Origin: Candidatus Helarchaeota archaeon
GTDB taxonomy: Archaea > Asgardarchaeota > Lokiarchaeia > Helarchaeales > RDOG01
Length of the DNA stretch: 64,000 nucleotides
Reading direction: 5' to 3'
Assembly: GCA_029838215.1 (NCBI GenBank)
Contig: JALGVI010000001.1
Span: forward strand, 1-64,000
Shown piece after piece: positions 48,546-56,950 of this stretch (position 1 is its first letter; the number at the start of each line of letters is the position of its first letter). Under the pieces are notes generated by a model. The model saw only the letters and a program-made list of their open reading frames with translations, did not search any database and was not told where the DNA came from. The translations under genes and the position numbers were made by a program.

Positions 48546-49976
48546 ATGAAAAAGGGAATTAATGGTCGTGAGAGAAAAATGAGCGAATTCATTAAAATCG
48601 CAGAGAGAAGGTGGATCGACAAAGAACAACACCATTTTATTTATGAGAAAAGTTATACACCAGAACAGGATGAAGTACTTAAACGACAAGGTGTGGACGT
48701 TTGTGCCGTGACTGAAGTGCGCGGTAGAGAAATACATAACAGAATCGAGTTTAGAAAAGGATCAAGTGTCGCCGTCGTGCCTTGTCTCCACATTGCCGTC
48801 CTGCAGGTAATACATAACCCCGATTCGGAAAGTGGTTTTGAGGAAGTTTCGACCGAAGAACACCCCGACCTGCAGCAGTTGCTCTCGCCAGAGGATCACC
48901 ATTTTGCACTAAGATCAATGGTGCAGTGCCTGATAGAGAGGGGGATCCAAGACACGATGCTCGAATCCTTCAGGCGGGAACGCGAAACGGGCAAGGAACC
49001 GCTAGACTTCAACCACCTGATGCGCATGCAGATCGTAAAGGCACTCATGGAAATTGCCCCTGACGAAACGAAAGAGATGGCATTATTCCTGCTTGAATAC
49101 GTAACAAGTGGCAACCTCGAAAGAGTCAAAACATTTGATGAAGATTTTCATTATGTATTCTTGAGCCCGAAATTTGACTTTGCAGACTTGAAACGGTTGG
49201 ACAAAATCTGTGGGGGAATCCGAGAATTGAACGATGATCTCAAGCTAGATCTCCTTGGCAAAAGAAAACTCCCACTTTGGGCTTTAGAGAAACTGGCAGG
49301 AGATGAAGATCTCTGGATTCGCACCGAGATCGCAAGGAGAAAACACCTGCCAGAGTCGCTAGTTGTAGAATTGGCAGGAGACAAAGATCTCTGGATTCGC
49401 TGCGAGATCGCAAGGAGAGAAGACCTGCCAGAGTCGCTGGTTGTGAAATTGGCAGGAGACGAAGCTTGGGAGGTTCGTTGTGAGATCGCATGGAGAGATG
49501 ACCTGCCAAAGCCGCTGGTTGCAAAATTTGCAGGAGATGAAGATCAGATGGTTCGTCGTTGGATCGCAAGTAGAAGAGACCTGCCAGAACCGCTGGTTGT
49601 AAAATTGGCAGGAGACGAAAATCCCGAAGTTCGCAGTAAGATCGCAAGGAGAGAAGACCTGCCAGAGCCGCTGGTTGTGAAATTGGTAGGAGACGAAAAT
49701 CCCGAAGTTCGCAGTAAGATCGCAAGGAGAGAAGACCTGCCAGAGCCGCTGGTTGTGAAATTGGCAGGAGACGAAGATCCCGAAGTTCGCAGTAAAATCG
49801 CAAGGAGAAAACACCTGCCAGAGTCACTGGTTGTGAAATTGGCAGGAGACGAAGATCCCGAGGTTCGGCGAGCAATCGCAGGACGAAGAGACCTGCCAGA
49901 GGTATTGGTGAAAATGTTAGCAAATGACGAAGATGGAGATGTTCAGAGCGAGATCGAATTGAAACACGATCGCTGA
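48546..49976 (+). CDS. Protein with unknown N-terminal domain and C-terminal LRV/HEAT-like repeats
   Basis: 26-aa units LAGDEDPEVRxxIARRxDLPExLVVK. Confidence 0.8.
   Translation: MKKGINGRERKMSEFIKIAERRWIDKEQHHFIYEKSYTPEQDEVLKRQGVDVCAVTEVRGREIHNRIEFRKGSSVAVVPCLHIAVLQVIHNPDSESGFEEVSTEEHPDLQQLLSPEDHHFALRSMVQCLIERGIQDTMLESFRRERETGKEPLDFNHLMRMQIVKALMEIAPDETKEMALFLLEYVTSGNLERVKTFDEDFHYVFLSPKFDFADLKRLDKICGGIRELNDDLKLDLLGKRKLPLWALEKLAGDEDLWIRTEIARRKHLPESLVVELAGDKDLWIRCEIARREDLPESLVVKLAGDEAWEVRCEIAWRDDLPKPLVAKFAGDEDQMVRRWIASRRDLPEPLVVKLAGDENPEVRSKIARREDLPEPLVVKLVGDENPEVRSKIARREDLPEPLVVKLAGDEDPEVRSKIARRKHLPESLVVKLAGDEDPEVRRAIAGRRDLPEVLVKMLANDEDGDVQSEIELKHDR
49293..49976 (+). repeat. Coding tandem repeat, 78-bp unit, 8 full copies plus a partial ninth
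   Basis: Unit starts at 49293, 49371, 49449, 49527, 49605, 49683, 49761, 49839, 49917. Confidence 0.92.
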
Positions 49977-50100
49977 TTTACGGATTTAAATCGTGAGGCA
50001 GTACTGACAATCCTTTTAATTGATAAATCAATTTAGGGAAAGAAAGGCATTCTCTTCCATCAATGAAACTTTTAAAACAAAATTCCTTGAATGCAAGGAG

Positions 50101-50135
50101 AATAGATAAATAAAAATAAAAATAGAAAAAAATAG
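50101..50135 (-). terminator. T-rich tract downstream of the 50149 gene
   Basis: Minus strand reads tttttttctatttttatttttatttat after the stop. Confidence 0.45.
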
Positions 50136-50148
50136 GGATAGTATTTGT

Positions 50149-50469
50149 TTATTTCTCTTCTTCCTCATCCTCGAGCCCTAATTCTTCAAGCTCTTCTAAT
50201 GGTACGGGCGGTGGAGTCGTCAACATGGTCCATCCTATCCACATAGCTATGCCCAAGATTAATATCACGACGATCCACATTGGTAGAATGACGTAGAACA
50301 CCCAATGTGGTACCAGGAATGGTACGCTATATCGTAAATACGTGAACACTGGTACTATGACGGATCCCGCTTGTGTGACCAAGTGAGTAAGATATCCGAT
50401 TGAAAGGTAGATCAGCAAAACCAGTGCTACGATGAAGATCAGAGCTCCGTATATTTTGTCGCGTTGCAT
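50149..50469 (-). CDS. Small two-TM membrane protein, PIG-P/DPM2-like (proposed)
   Basis: MQRDKIYG + TM, then PHW..V.LPMW + TM ending IGWTMLTTPPP and an acidic tail. The CDS is clear; the family assignment is inference. Confidence 0.6.
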   Translation of the reverse strand: MQRDKIYGALIFIVALVLLIYLSIGYLTHLVTQAGSVIVPVFTYLRYSVPFLVPHWVFYVILPMWIVVILILGIAMWIGWTMLTTPPPVPLEELEELGLEDEEEEK

Positions 50470-50787
50470 TTTTTACACGAATCCTCAGAGTATGTCGTGT
50501 CTAACCATCAAAAAAAGAGCGACGGTCGAGTTCCTTACATACCGACTTGGTTTTTGAATATTAATTATATCAAGATAACATGAGATATAGGTTCTCACGT
50601 TATTGAAGTTTGTATTATAAATTTCGTATTATAAGTTTTATTGTGTTTTTGCATGGAATGGCTGGTTGGGGATTTGGGATGTTATTGGTTGTGTTTTTGG
50701 ATTATTGGGGGGGTTTCATTGATATTATAAATGTTTTTGCATAGAAATAGGGTAATATTATTGGATGGGGATGCGTGAGTGTTTATA

Positions 50788-51144
50788 TTAGATTTTTGAT
50801 TTCTTTTTCTTTATTTTTACTTTGAAGTTTGTGTCTTCGATATCTTCCAGGGGGATTTCGGGTTTTGCAGTCATTTTTTGCCATCCGATTCGCATCATGA
50901 TTATAAGAATGATTGATACAGCGATCCACATTGGTAGTATTACAAAAAATGACCAGTGCGGGATGAATCCATATATTTTAGGGACCAGTCCAGGTACTAC
51001 ATGGAAGATGATTTGATCCCATGGAGGGAAAATGTTTTCTCCTGCGAGGGTTACCAGTTGGGTGATGTATCCCAATGAGAGATAGATTAAAGCGGTTATT
51101 ACGACTATGAATACAAGGAGACCGTATATTTTATCGCGTTGCAT
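50788..51144 (-). CDS. Paralogue of the 50149 small two-TM protein
   Basis: Shares MQRDKIYG, IYLS.GY.T.LVT.AG, PHW.F.VILPMW, IGW; basic tail. Confidence 0.6.
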   Translation of the reverse strand: MQRDKIYGLLVFIVVITALIYLSLGYITQLVTLAGENIFPPWDQIIFHVVPGLVPKIYGFIPHWSFFVILPMWIAVSIILIIMMRIGWQKMTAKPEIPLEDIEDTNFKVKIKKKKSKI

Positions 51145-51292
51145 GTTTTTTCACGTGTCCACCAATTTTCATAGAACGGTGGGCATTTCATATTATAAGT
51201 TTAACTAGCATGTAAATGAAATGATTTGAAAAATAATACTTATTAGGAAAATAAGATGTATTTCAAGTGGACCAAGTTTAGAGGAGTGAACC

Positions 51293-52423
51293 ATGAAGTC
51301 AGGTTTGGATGATTTGGACAACATGTACAAGATTGATCCTGCAGGAATGACAGGTGTCATTGAGAGGTTTAGGGATAATCTTGAGCGTGCTAGAAAGATT
51401 GTAGATGAGTGGGAGCGTTCGAATGCAGATATATTGGCGAAGTGGAAGGAGTTCGTGTCGGATATTACTCATATTATTGTTGTTGGCATGGGGGGATCGG
51501 CGATCGGTGGAAATTTAATTATTGATTATTTGTACGACCGATTATCCATTCCTGTTTCAGTATTTCGAGAATATCGTCTCCCTAAATTTGTGAATAAGAA
51601 TCATTTAATCATTTTTGTTAGTTATTCGGGAAATACGGAGGAGACGCTTAGTAGTTTTGCGGATGCCATTTCTCGAGATTGTCATGTCTTGACGATTACT
51701 TCAGATGGGATGCTCGAGCGATATTCTCGGCGTTTCAACATTCCTTTTATAGATCTTCCGGAGGGTCTTCCTCCACGTGGTGCGGTGCCTTTTTTGTCCT
51801 TGCCTTTGTTTTTAGTCTTAGAGAAGTTGGGATTTGTTTCTGGCATTTCAAGTGAGTTGATGGAAGTTCTTGATGTCATAGACAAATTAATGGAGAAAAT
51901 CAATTCTAGGGTTCCAACTTCTCGGAATTTGGCGAAGCAGATCGCCCTTAAAATACATGAAACGATTCCGATAATTTATGCGCCTCCAGGTTATGCGAGC
52001 ATTGCGCGGCGTTATAAATGTCAGATTAATGAGAACTCCAAGAATCCGAGTTATTGGGATGTATTTTCAGAATTGAATCACAATGAAGTGGTTGGTTGGG
52101 AGCATCCTTCGGCTCTTACGAAGAATTTTAGCGTGATCTTGTTGCGTGCCAGCGACGAAACCGAATCGATTAAAGCAAGAATTGAATTGACAAGAAAGAT
52201 CATGCTTGAGCCAGCGGTCAAGGAGATCATTGAGATTAATGCGATGGGCAAGTCAAAGTTATCATCGCTCTATTCATTAATGGTAATCGGGGATTTCATT
52301 TCGTTGTATTTAGCGGTATTAAATGGTGTTGATCCCATGCCAGTGAATAGCATTAATCGGTTGAAGAAGGAATTGAAAGATCGAGTGAATCTAATCGAAA
52401 AAATTGAAAAAACCCTGCTTTAA
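51293..52423 (+). CDS. Bifunctional phosphoglucose/phosphomannose isomerase (SIS family)
   Basis: GMGGSAIGG, SYSGNTEET, K.QINENSK, ELNHNE.VGW. Confidence 0.93.
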   Translation: MKSGLDDLDNMYKIDPAGMTGVIERFRDNLERARKIVDEWERSNADILAKWKEFVSDITHIIVVGMGGSAIGGNLIIDYLYDRLSIPVSVFREYRLPKFVNKNHLIIFVSYSGNTEETLSSFADAISRDCHVLTITSDGMLERYSRRFNIPFIDLPEGLPPRGAVPFLSLPLFLVLEKLGFVSGISSELMEVLDVIDKLMEKINSRVPTSRNLAKQIALKIHETIPIIYAPPGYASIARRYKCQINENSKNPSYWDVFSELNHNEVVGWEHPSALTKNFSVILLRASDETESIKARIELTRKIMLEPAVKEIIEINAMGKSKLSSLYSLMVIGDFISLYLAVLNGVDPMPVNSINRLKKELKDRVNLIEKIEKTLL

Positions 52424-52697
52424 GTAGATTCATTCATCGGTACGTGAATGGACATACTTGATTGAGATGGGGAACGGAATTTCATCTTGATATATAAAGA
52501 AGGAGGAACAAAGCAAAAAATATAAATTCATTCTTTACTTTTGCACGTTATAAAATTTAATGTACCCTGAGGTAACAAAATCAGTTTGGAGCGAAAAAAA
52601 AGAACGATTTCACTTAAATGTCCCAAAAATGTGGAAGTTCGAGTCGCTTGATAAACGATGTAGAAATGAACGATGACGCAATGAGAATATTCGTGAG

Positions 52698-53114
52698 TTG
52701 GAAAGTTTGAGTAAGAGATTTAAGTATCGCGGTTATTCAATGGAAGAATTGGTAACTTTGCCCATGGATGAATTTGTCAAGTTAATCCCTTCAAGGCAGC
52801 GCCGTTCCTTGAAAAGAGGACTTCCCAAACGACAACAGAAGTTGCTTCAAAATCTACGACGTGCAAAGAAAGCCCTGAAAAAATCCCGGAAGGTCGTGGT
52901 AGTACGCACTCACGTGAGGGATATGATCATCACTCCTGAGATGGTCGGGCTTACCGTTGGCGTTCATAATGGAAAGGAGTTCATCAACGTCGCGATCACG
53001 CCAGAACACATTGGACACTACCTTGGTGAATATGCTCCGACGAACAAAAGAGTTTCTCACGGAAATCCAGGAATTGGTGCAAGTCGAGGATCGATGTATG
53101 TCCCCTTGAAGTGA
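52698..53114 (+). CDS. rps19: 30S ribosomal protein uS19
   Basis: FKYRG, RRSL.RG, RTH.RDMII.PEMVG, GHYLGE, GASRGS. Confidence 0.97.
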   Translation: MESLSKRFKYRGYSMEELVTLPMDEFVKLIPSRQRRSLKRGLPKRQQKLLQNLRRAKKALKKSRKVVVVRTHVRDMIITPEMVGLTVGVHNGKEFINVAITPEHIGHYLGEYAPTNKRVSHGNPGIGASRGSMYVPLK

Positions 53115-53245
53115 GATACTCAGCATTGGTTAGGTTATTTTAAGTTCTTTAACTGATTTTGCACGGAATTGAAAAATATTCCACTAATGAAGAGCTTGAT
53201 AATCAACCGACACATAAGATAAATCACGATTATTGTTGATTGAAG

Positions 53246-53710
53246 ATGTCGCCTGAATACGGATATAGCATTAAGAATCTGGACCCAGAAAAAACTTCGA
53301 AAGCCAGTGGACGAGATGTTAGATGCTCGCCAAAAAAGGCCCGAGAGGTTTGTAATGCGATTAAAGGAATGAAATTAGAGGACGCAAAAGAATATCTCAC
53401 GCGTGTCATTAGCTTGCAAGAAGCGATTCCTTTCAAGCGGCATAAGAAGAAGCGTGGTCACAAAAAAGGCTTGAATAAATGGTCTGCAGGTGGATATCCG
53501 CAAAATGCGGCCTATTACGTGTTCACCGTATTGGAAAATGCGGAAGCGAATGCGGAATATAAGGGCATGGATATCGACAAGGTTAAGATAAAGCACGCCG
53601 CCATTTCGAGAGGACCGCTGATCAAGAAAAACATTCCCCGAGCCTTTGGGAGGTCCACTGCTTATTACAAGCACCTCTCTCATATAGAAATTGTTTTAGA
53701 AGAGGAATGA
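53246..53710 (+). CDS. rpl22: 50S ribosomal protein uL22
   Basis: SPK..REVCNAIKGM, AIPFKRH, PRAFGR, HIEIVLEE. Confidence 0.97.
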   Translation: MSPEYGYSIKNLDPEKTSKASGRDVRCSPKKAREVCNAIKGMKLEDAKEYLTRVISLQEAIPFKRHKKKRGHKKGLNKWSAGGYPQNAAYYVFTVLENAEANAEYKGMDIDKVKIKHAAISRGPLIKKNIPRAFGRSTAYYKHLSHIEIVLEEE

Positions 53711-53714
53711 AAAC

Positions 53715-54407
53715 ATGCCAGCAAAGGAACATTTTATTACTCGTAGGATTAAAAAAACTCAAGTTGATGAATATTTCGAGAAGGAATTAGAAAAAGCAGG
53801 ATATTCACATATTGACATTCAAAAAACACCGTTGGGTACGCGCGTGATCGTTTTTGCGGCTCGTCCGGGTATTGTTATTGGGAAAAGAGGTAAAAATGTC
53901 AGGCAAATGACGCAGACCCTTGAGGAAGTTTATAACATCGAGAATCCACAGATTGAAGTTGCTGAGATCGAGAACCCCGAGCTTGATGCTCGAGTCATGT
54001 CGAAGCGATTGGCAATGAAGCTCGAGAAGGGAATCCATTATCGCAGAGCAGCATATTCGGTTCTTCGGCGCGTGAAGAGTGCCGGAGCAAAGGGAATTGA
54101 GATCACGATAAGTGGAAAGATAACAAGCCATCGTGCTAGATATAAGAAGTTTCGCGAGGGTTTCGTTGCAAAATGCGGAGAACCCGCGTTGTTATACGTG
54201 AGCCAAGGGATCGCCTACGCGATCATGAAAAAAGGTGTTATTGGCGTCAAGGTTAAGATCATGCATGATGCAGAATTGCTTCCCAATCAAGTCAAGATTA
54301 AATTGGACTTGAAGGAAAATATTTGTCAGAATTGCGGAGCAGAAGTTGCACCAGGAACGGTGACTTGTAAAGAATGCGGTGCAACCTTAATCACGGAATT
54401 AAATTAA
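53715..54407 (+). CDS. rps3: 30S ribosomal protein uS3 with C-terminal zinc ribbon
   Basis: AGYS...KTPLGT, RPG.VIG..G, GA.G.EI.ISGK, G..GVKV.I; tail CQNC...CKEC. Confidence 0.97.
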   Translation: MPAKEHFITRRIKKTQVDEYFEKELEKAGYSHIDIQKTPLGTRVIVFAARPGIVIGKRGKNVRQMTQTLEEVYNIENPQIEVAEIENPELDARVMSKRLAMKLEKGIHYRRAAYSVLRRVKSAGAKGIEITISGKITSHRARYKKFREGFVAKCGEPALLYVSQGIAYAIMKKGVIGVKVKIMHDAELLPNQVKIKLDLKENICQNCGAEVAPGTVTCKECGATLITELN

Positions 54408-54425
54408 CTCATGGAAGCGATATAA

Positions 54426-54635
54426 GTGGCAATCTTGCGAATTAAAGAAATCAGAAAAATGACTCCTGAAGAGAGAATGAAGAAATTAATGAATTTACAA
54501 AACGAATTAAGCAAGCAAATGGCATTAATCTCAAGCGGAGGAGCTTTAGAGAACCCTTCTAAAGCAAAAGTCTTGAGAAGAGCAATTGCTCGAATAAAAA
54601 CCGTCCAAAATGAAGAAAAGCTCGGCAAATCTTGA
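54426..54635 (+). CDS. rpl29: 50S ribosomal protein uL29
   Basis: ILR.KEIR.M, GGALENP, RRAIARIKT. Confidence 0.96.
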   Translation: MAILRIKEIRKMTPEERMKKLMNLQNELSKQMALISSGGALENPSKAKVLRRAIARIKTVQNEEKLGKS

Positions 54636-54644
54636 TGATAATTA

Positions 54645-54938
54645 ATGAAAATGACTCAAAAGGAAAAAAAAATCCTGATGCAAGAGTTGATAGGTGCGGA
54701 AATTCGGATTGAGGACGCAACGGACCCTCATTTGAAAAATCTCGCAGGAATCATCATAAATGAAACAAAAAACATGCTCATCATTTCAGAAAAAGAAACT
54801 CGAAAAAACAAGAAAATTCCCAAACGAACGGGAATCTTTCAAATAAAATTAAAGAATGGAATGAAAATCCGCGTGAATGGAAAACGATTGATAAACCGCC
54901 CGGAAGATAGGTTAAAAAAAATGAAGAAATCCCGTTAA
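54645..54938 (+). CDS. rnp1: RNase P protein component 1 (Rpp29)
   Basis: ELIG, G.II.ETKNML.I, IPK, L..RPEDRLK; conserved position between uL29 and uS17. Confidence 0.92.
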   Translation: MKMTQKEKKILMQELIGAEIRIEDATDPHLKNLAGIIINETKNMLIISEKETRKNKKIPKRTGIFQIKLKNGMKIRVNGKRLINRPEDRLKKMKKSR

Positions 54939-54952
54939 TAGGTGCATAAAAA

Positions 54953-55285
54953 ATGGTTCGTAACATAGGTGTGAGAGTAGAAACCCCAACAAAGACATGT
55001 AATGATGAAAAATGTCCTTTTCACGGTAAATTATCGGTTCGCGGAAGGATCTTTGAAGGAAAGGTCGTATCCATTAAATCCAAGCGAACAATTACCCTTA
55101 GACGTGAATTATTGACATTCATTCCAAAGTATGGACGCTATGAAAAACGCCATAGTAACATTCAAGCACATTGCCCTGATTGCCTGACTCCGATTGAAGG
55201 AAAAAAGGCAAAGATAATGGAATGCCGTCCCATCAGCAAGACCAAGAGGTTTGTTGTCATCGAATGTGAATCACCTGAAAAATGA
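54953..55285 (+). CDS. rps17: 30S ribosomal protein uS17
   Basis: C.D.KCPFHG.L.VRG, KY.RYEKR, ECRPISKTK.F. Confidence 0.97.
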   Translation: MVRNIGVRVETPTKTCNDEKCPFHGKLSVRGRIFEGKVVSIKSKRTITLRRELLTFIPKYGRYEKRHSNIQAHCPDCLTPIEGKKAKIMECRPISKTKRFVVIECESPEK

Positions 55286-55341
55286 TGATTAACAATAGAA
55301 ATTAGAATTTAAGGAGAAATGAACGGAAAAGAGGAATCAAA

Positions 55342-55767
55342 ATGGGTAAACGAAGAGTAAGAAAAGCAATGACATTGCTTCTGCCCAAGCTCTCAAGAGG
55401 AATTCCTACAAATGCAAAATTAAAGAGTTCTGATAATTCGGGTGCTCGAATCCTCAACGTGATAGCAGTAATTGGCATGAAGACGCGCCTGAACAGATAT
55501 CCAGCTGCTCACGTAGGAGATATGATAGTTGCTTCGGTGATAAAAGGTACTCCTGAAATGAGACGGCAAATAATTCGAGCCATCGTTATTAGGCAGCGAA
55601 AGCCCTTTCGAAGAACTGATGGAACGTGGATTCAATTCAGCGATAATGCAGCCGTGGTGACATCTCCTGCAGGAGATCCAAAAGGATCGGAAATTCGCGG
55701 TGTGATAGCAAAAGAGGCTGCAGAGCGTTGGCCACGATTAGCAAGCGTTGCAAGCAGCATAATTTAG
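55342..55767 (+). CDS. rpl14: 50S ribosomal protein uL14
   Basis: DNSGA, VGD...V.KG.PE, IRQRK..RR.DG, DNAAV, GPKGS-like, EAAERWP. Confidence 0.97.
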   Translation: MGKRRVRKAMTLLLPKLSRGIPTNAKLKSSDNSGARILNVIAVIGMKTRLNRYPAAHVGDMIVASVIKGTPEMRRQIIRAIVIRQRKPFRRTDGTWIQFSDNAAVVTSPAGDPKGSEIRGVIAKEAAERWPRLASVASSII

Positions 55768-55782
55768 AGGAGAACTATAAAT

Positions 55783-56184
55783 ATGAAGAAAACAAAAAAT
55801 CCGGGAAAAAATCGAAAGCGTCAGTTAAATGCTCCTTATCATCGTCGGACTCGCATTTTGAACGTTCACTTGCATCCCGATCTCATAATCAAGCACGGTG
55901 TTAAGCGCCTCCCACTCCAAAAGGGCGATTTTGTAATCGTCACGAAAGGTGAATTCAAGGGAATAGAAGGAAAAGTTGAAAAGATCAATCGAGGAAAGAT
56001 GCAAGTTTTCATTGAAGGTGTAAAAATCGACAAGAAAAGTGGAGGCGAATTTGATTTACCGATTTATCCATCAAATTTAGTAATAAGTAAATTAAATCCA
56101 AATGCAAAAGGCAAGACTCGTAACGAAATCATCAAGCGCAGGAAAAGAGAAGTTAAAGAAGTTATAGAAGAAGAATTGAGTTGA
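55783..56184 (+). CDS. rpl24: 50S ribosomal protein uL24
   Basis: P.K.RK...NAP.H.R, GD.V....G.FKG.EG, I.PSNL.I. Confidence 0.96.
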   Translation: MKKTKNPGKNRKRQLNAPYHRRTRILNVHLHPDLIIKHGVKRLPLQKGDFVIVTKGEFKGIEGKVEKINRGKMQVFIEGVKIDKKSGGEFDLPIYPSNLVISKLNPNAKGKTRNEIIKRRKREVKEVIEEELS

Positions 56185-56189
56185 GAAAT

Positions 56190-56936
56190 ATGGGTAGTAA
56201 AGGCGGATCTAAGCATTTAAAGCGATATTCGGTTCCAAAGTTTTGGGGACTTCATACCAAAGAGAAGACATGGGCAGTAAAGCCAATGCCAGGACCACAC
56301 GGCATAAATGAATCCATTCCTCTCTTGAATTTAATTCGTGATGTCTTCAAGTTAGCTAATACGAACAAGGAAGCAAAAATTGTTCTTTCCAAAAGAGAAA
56401 TCATGATTGATAACGTGATTCGCACGGAAGCAAAATTTCCGGTTGGTTTCATGGACACGATTGAAATTCCCAAGATAAAGAAGACTTATCGCGTTTTATA
56501 CAAGTATAGACGCGGGTTGGTACCTTTTGAAATACCTGAAGAAGAAAAAAACACGAAATTGTGTCGTGTTATTGGTAAAACAGTCTTAAAGGGAAACAGA
56601 TTACAGTTGAATCTGCACGATGGTCGAAACATCATCATATCAGATGATATTGAAAGAAAAGACGAGTTAAAAAATGTAAAAATTCGAGATGTATTAAAAA
56701 TCACGGTTCCCGATCAAGAAGTCTTAGATATCATCAAATTCAAGGAAGGTAATTTAGTATTAGTAACAGCCGGAAAGCATTTAGGACAGTACGGCGTGAT
56801 AAAAAGCATTATCCAGCGTTTAGGAACTCAAGCAAATACCGTTGTTATTGAAAGCAAGGATGAAACATTTGAAACGAAGCTGGATTATGCATTTGTATTG
56901 GGCGAAACGGAGCCCCTTATATCAGTTGATAATTAA
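56190..56936 (+). CDS. rps4e: 30S ribosomal protein eS4
   Basis: HLKR..VP..W, PGPH, PL..LIRD, FPVG.MD, LNLHDGRN. Confidence 0.97.
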   Translation: MGSKGGSKHLKRYSVPKFWGLHTKEKTWAVKPMPGPHGINESIPLLNLIRDVFKLANTNKEAKIVLSKREIMIDNVIRTEAKFPVGFMDTIEIPKIKKTYRVLYKYRRGLVPFEIPEEEKNTKLCRVIGKTVLKGNRLQLNLHDGRNIIISDDIERKDELKNVKIRDVLKITVPDQEVLDIIKFKEGNLVLVTAGKHLGQYGVIKSIIQRLGTQANTVVIESKDETFETKLDYAFVLGETEPLISVDN

Positions 56937-56950
56937 TAGAGGTTTATTTC

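Noticed and set aside
49240-49923. Long antisense ORFs (227 and 151 aa) over the repeat
   Set aside because: Shadow frames kept open by the 78-bp coding repeat; no independent motif
49293-49976. Possible CRISPR array
   Set aside because: Units are contiguous, in-frame 78-mers with no unique spacers; no cas genes
48355-50148. IS/transposon boundaries around the LRV gene
   Set aside because: No terminal inverted repeats, target-site duplication or transposase seen
52637-52645. GTTCGAGTC, a tRNA T-loop-like motif
   Set aside because: Flanks do not form a T-stem and no cloverleaf can be drawn
53185-53243. Possible C/D-box sRNA (ATGAAGA ... TTGA)
   Set aside because: Boxes are imperfect, with no CTGA D box or convincing D'/C' pair
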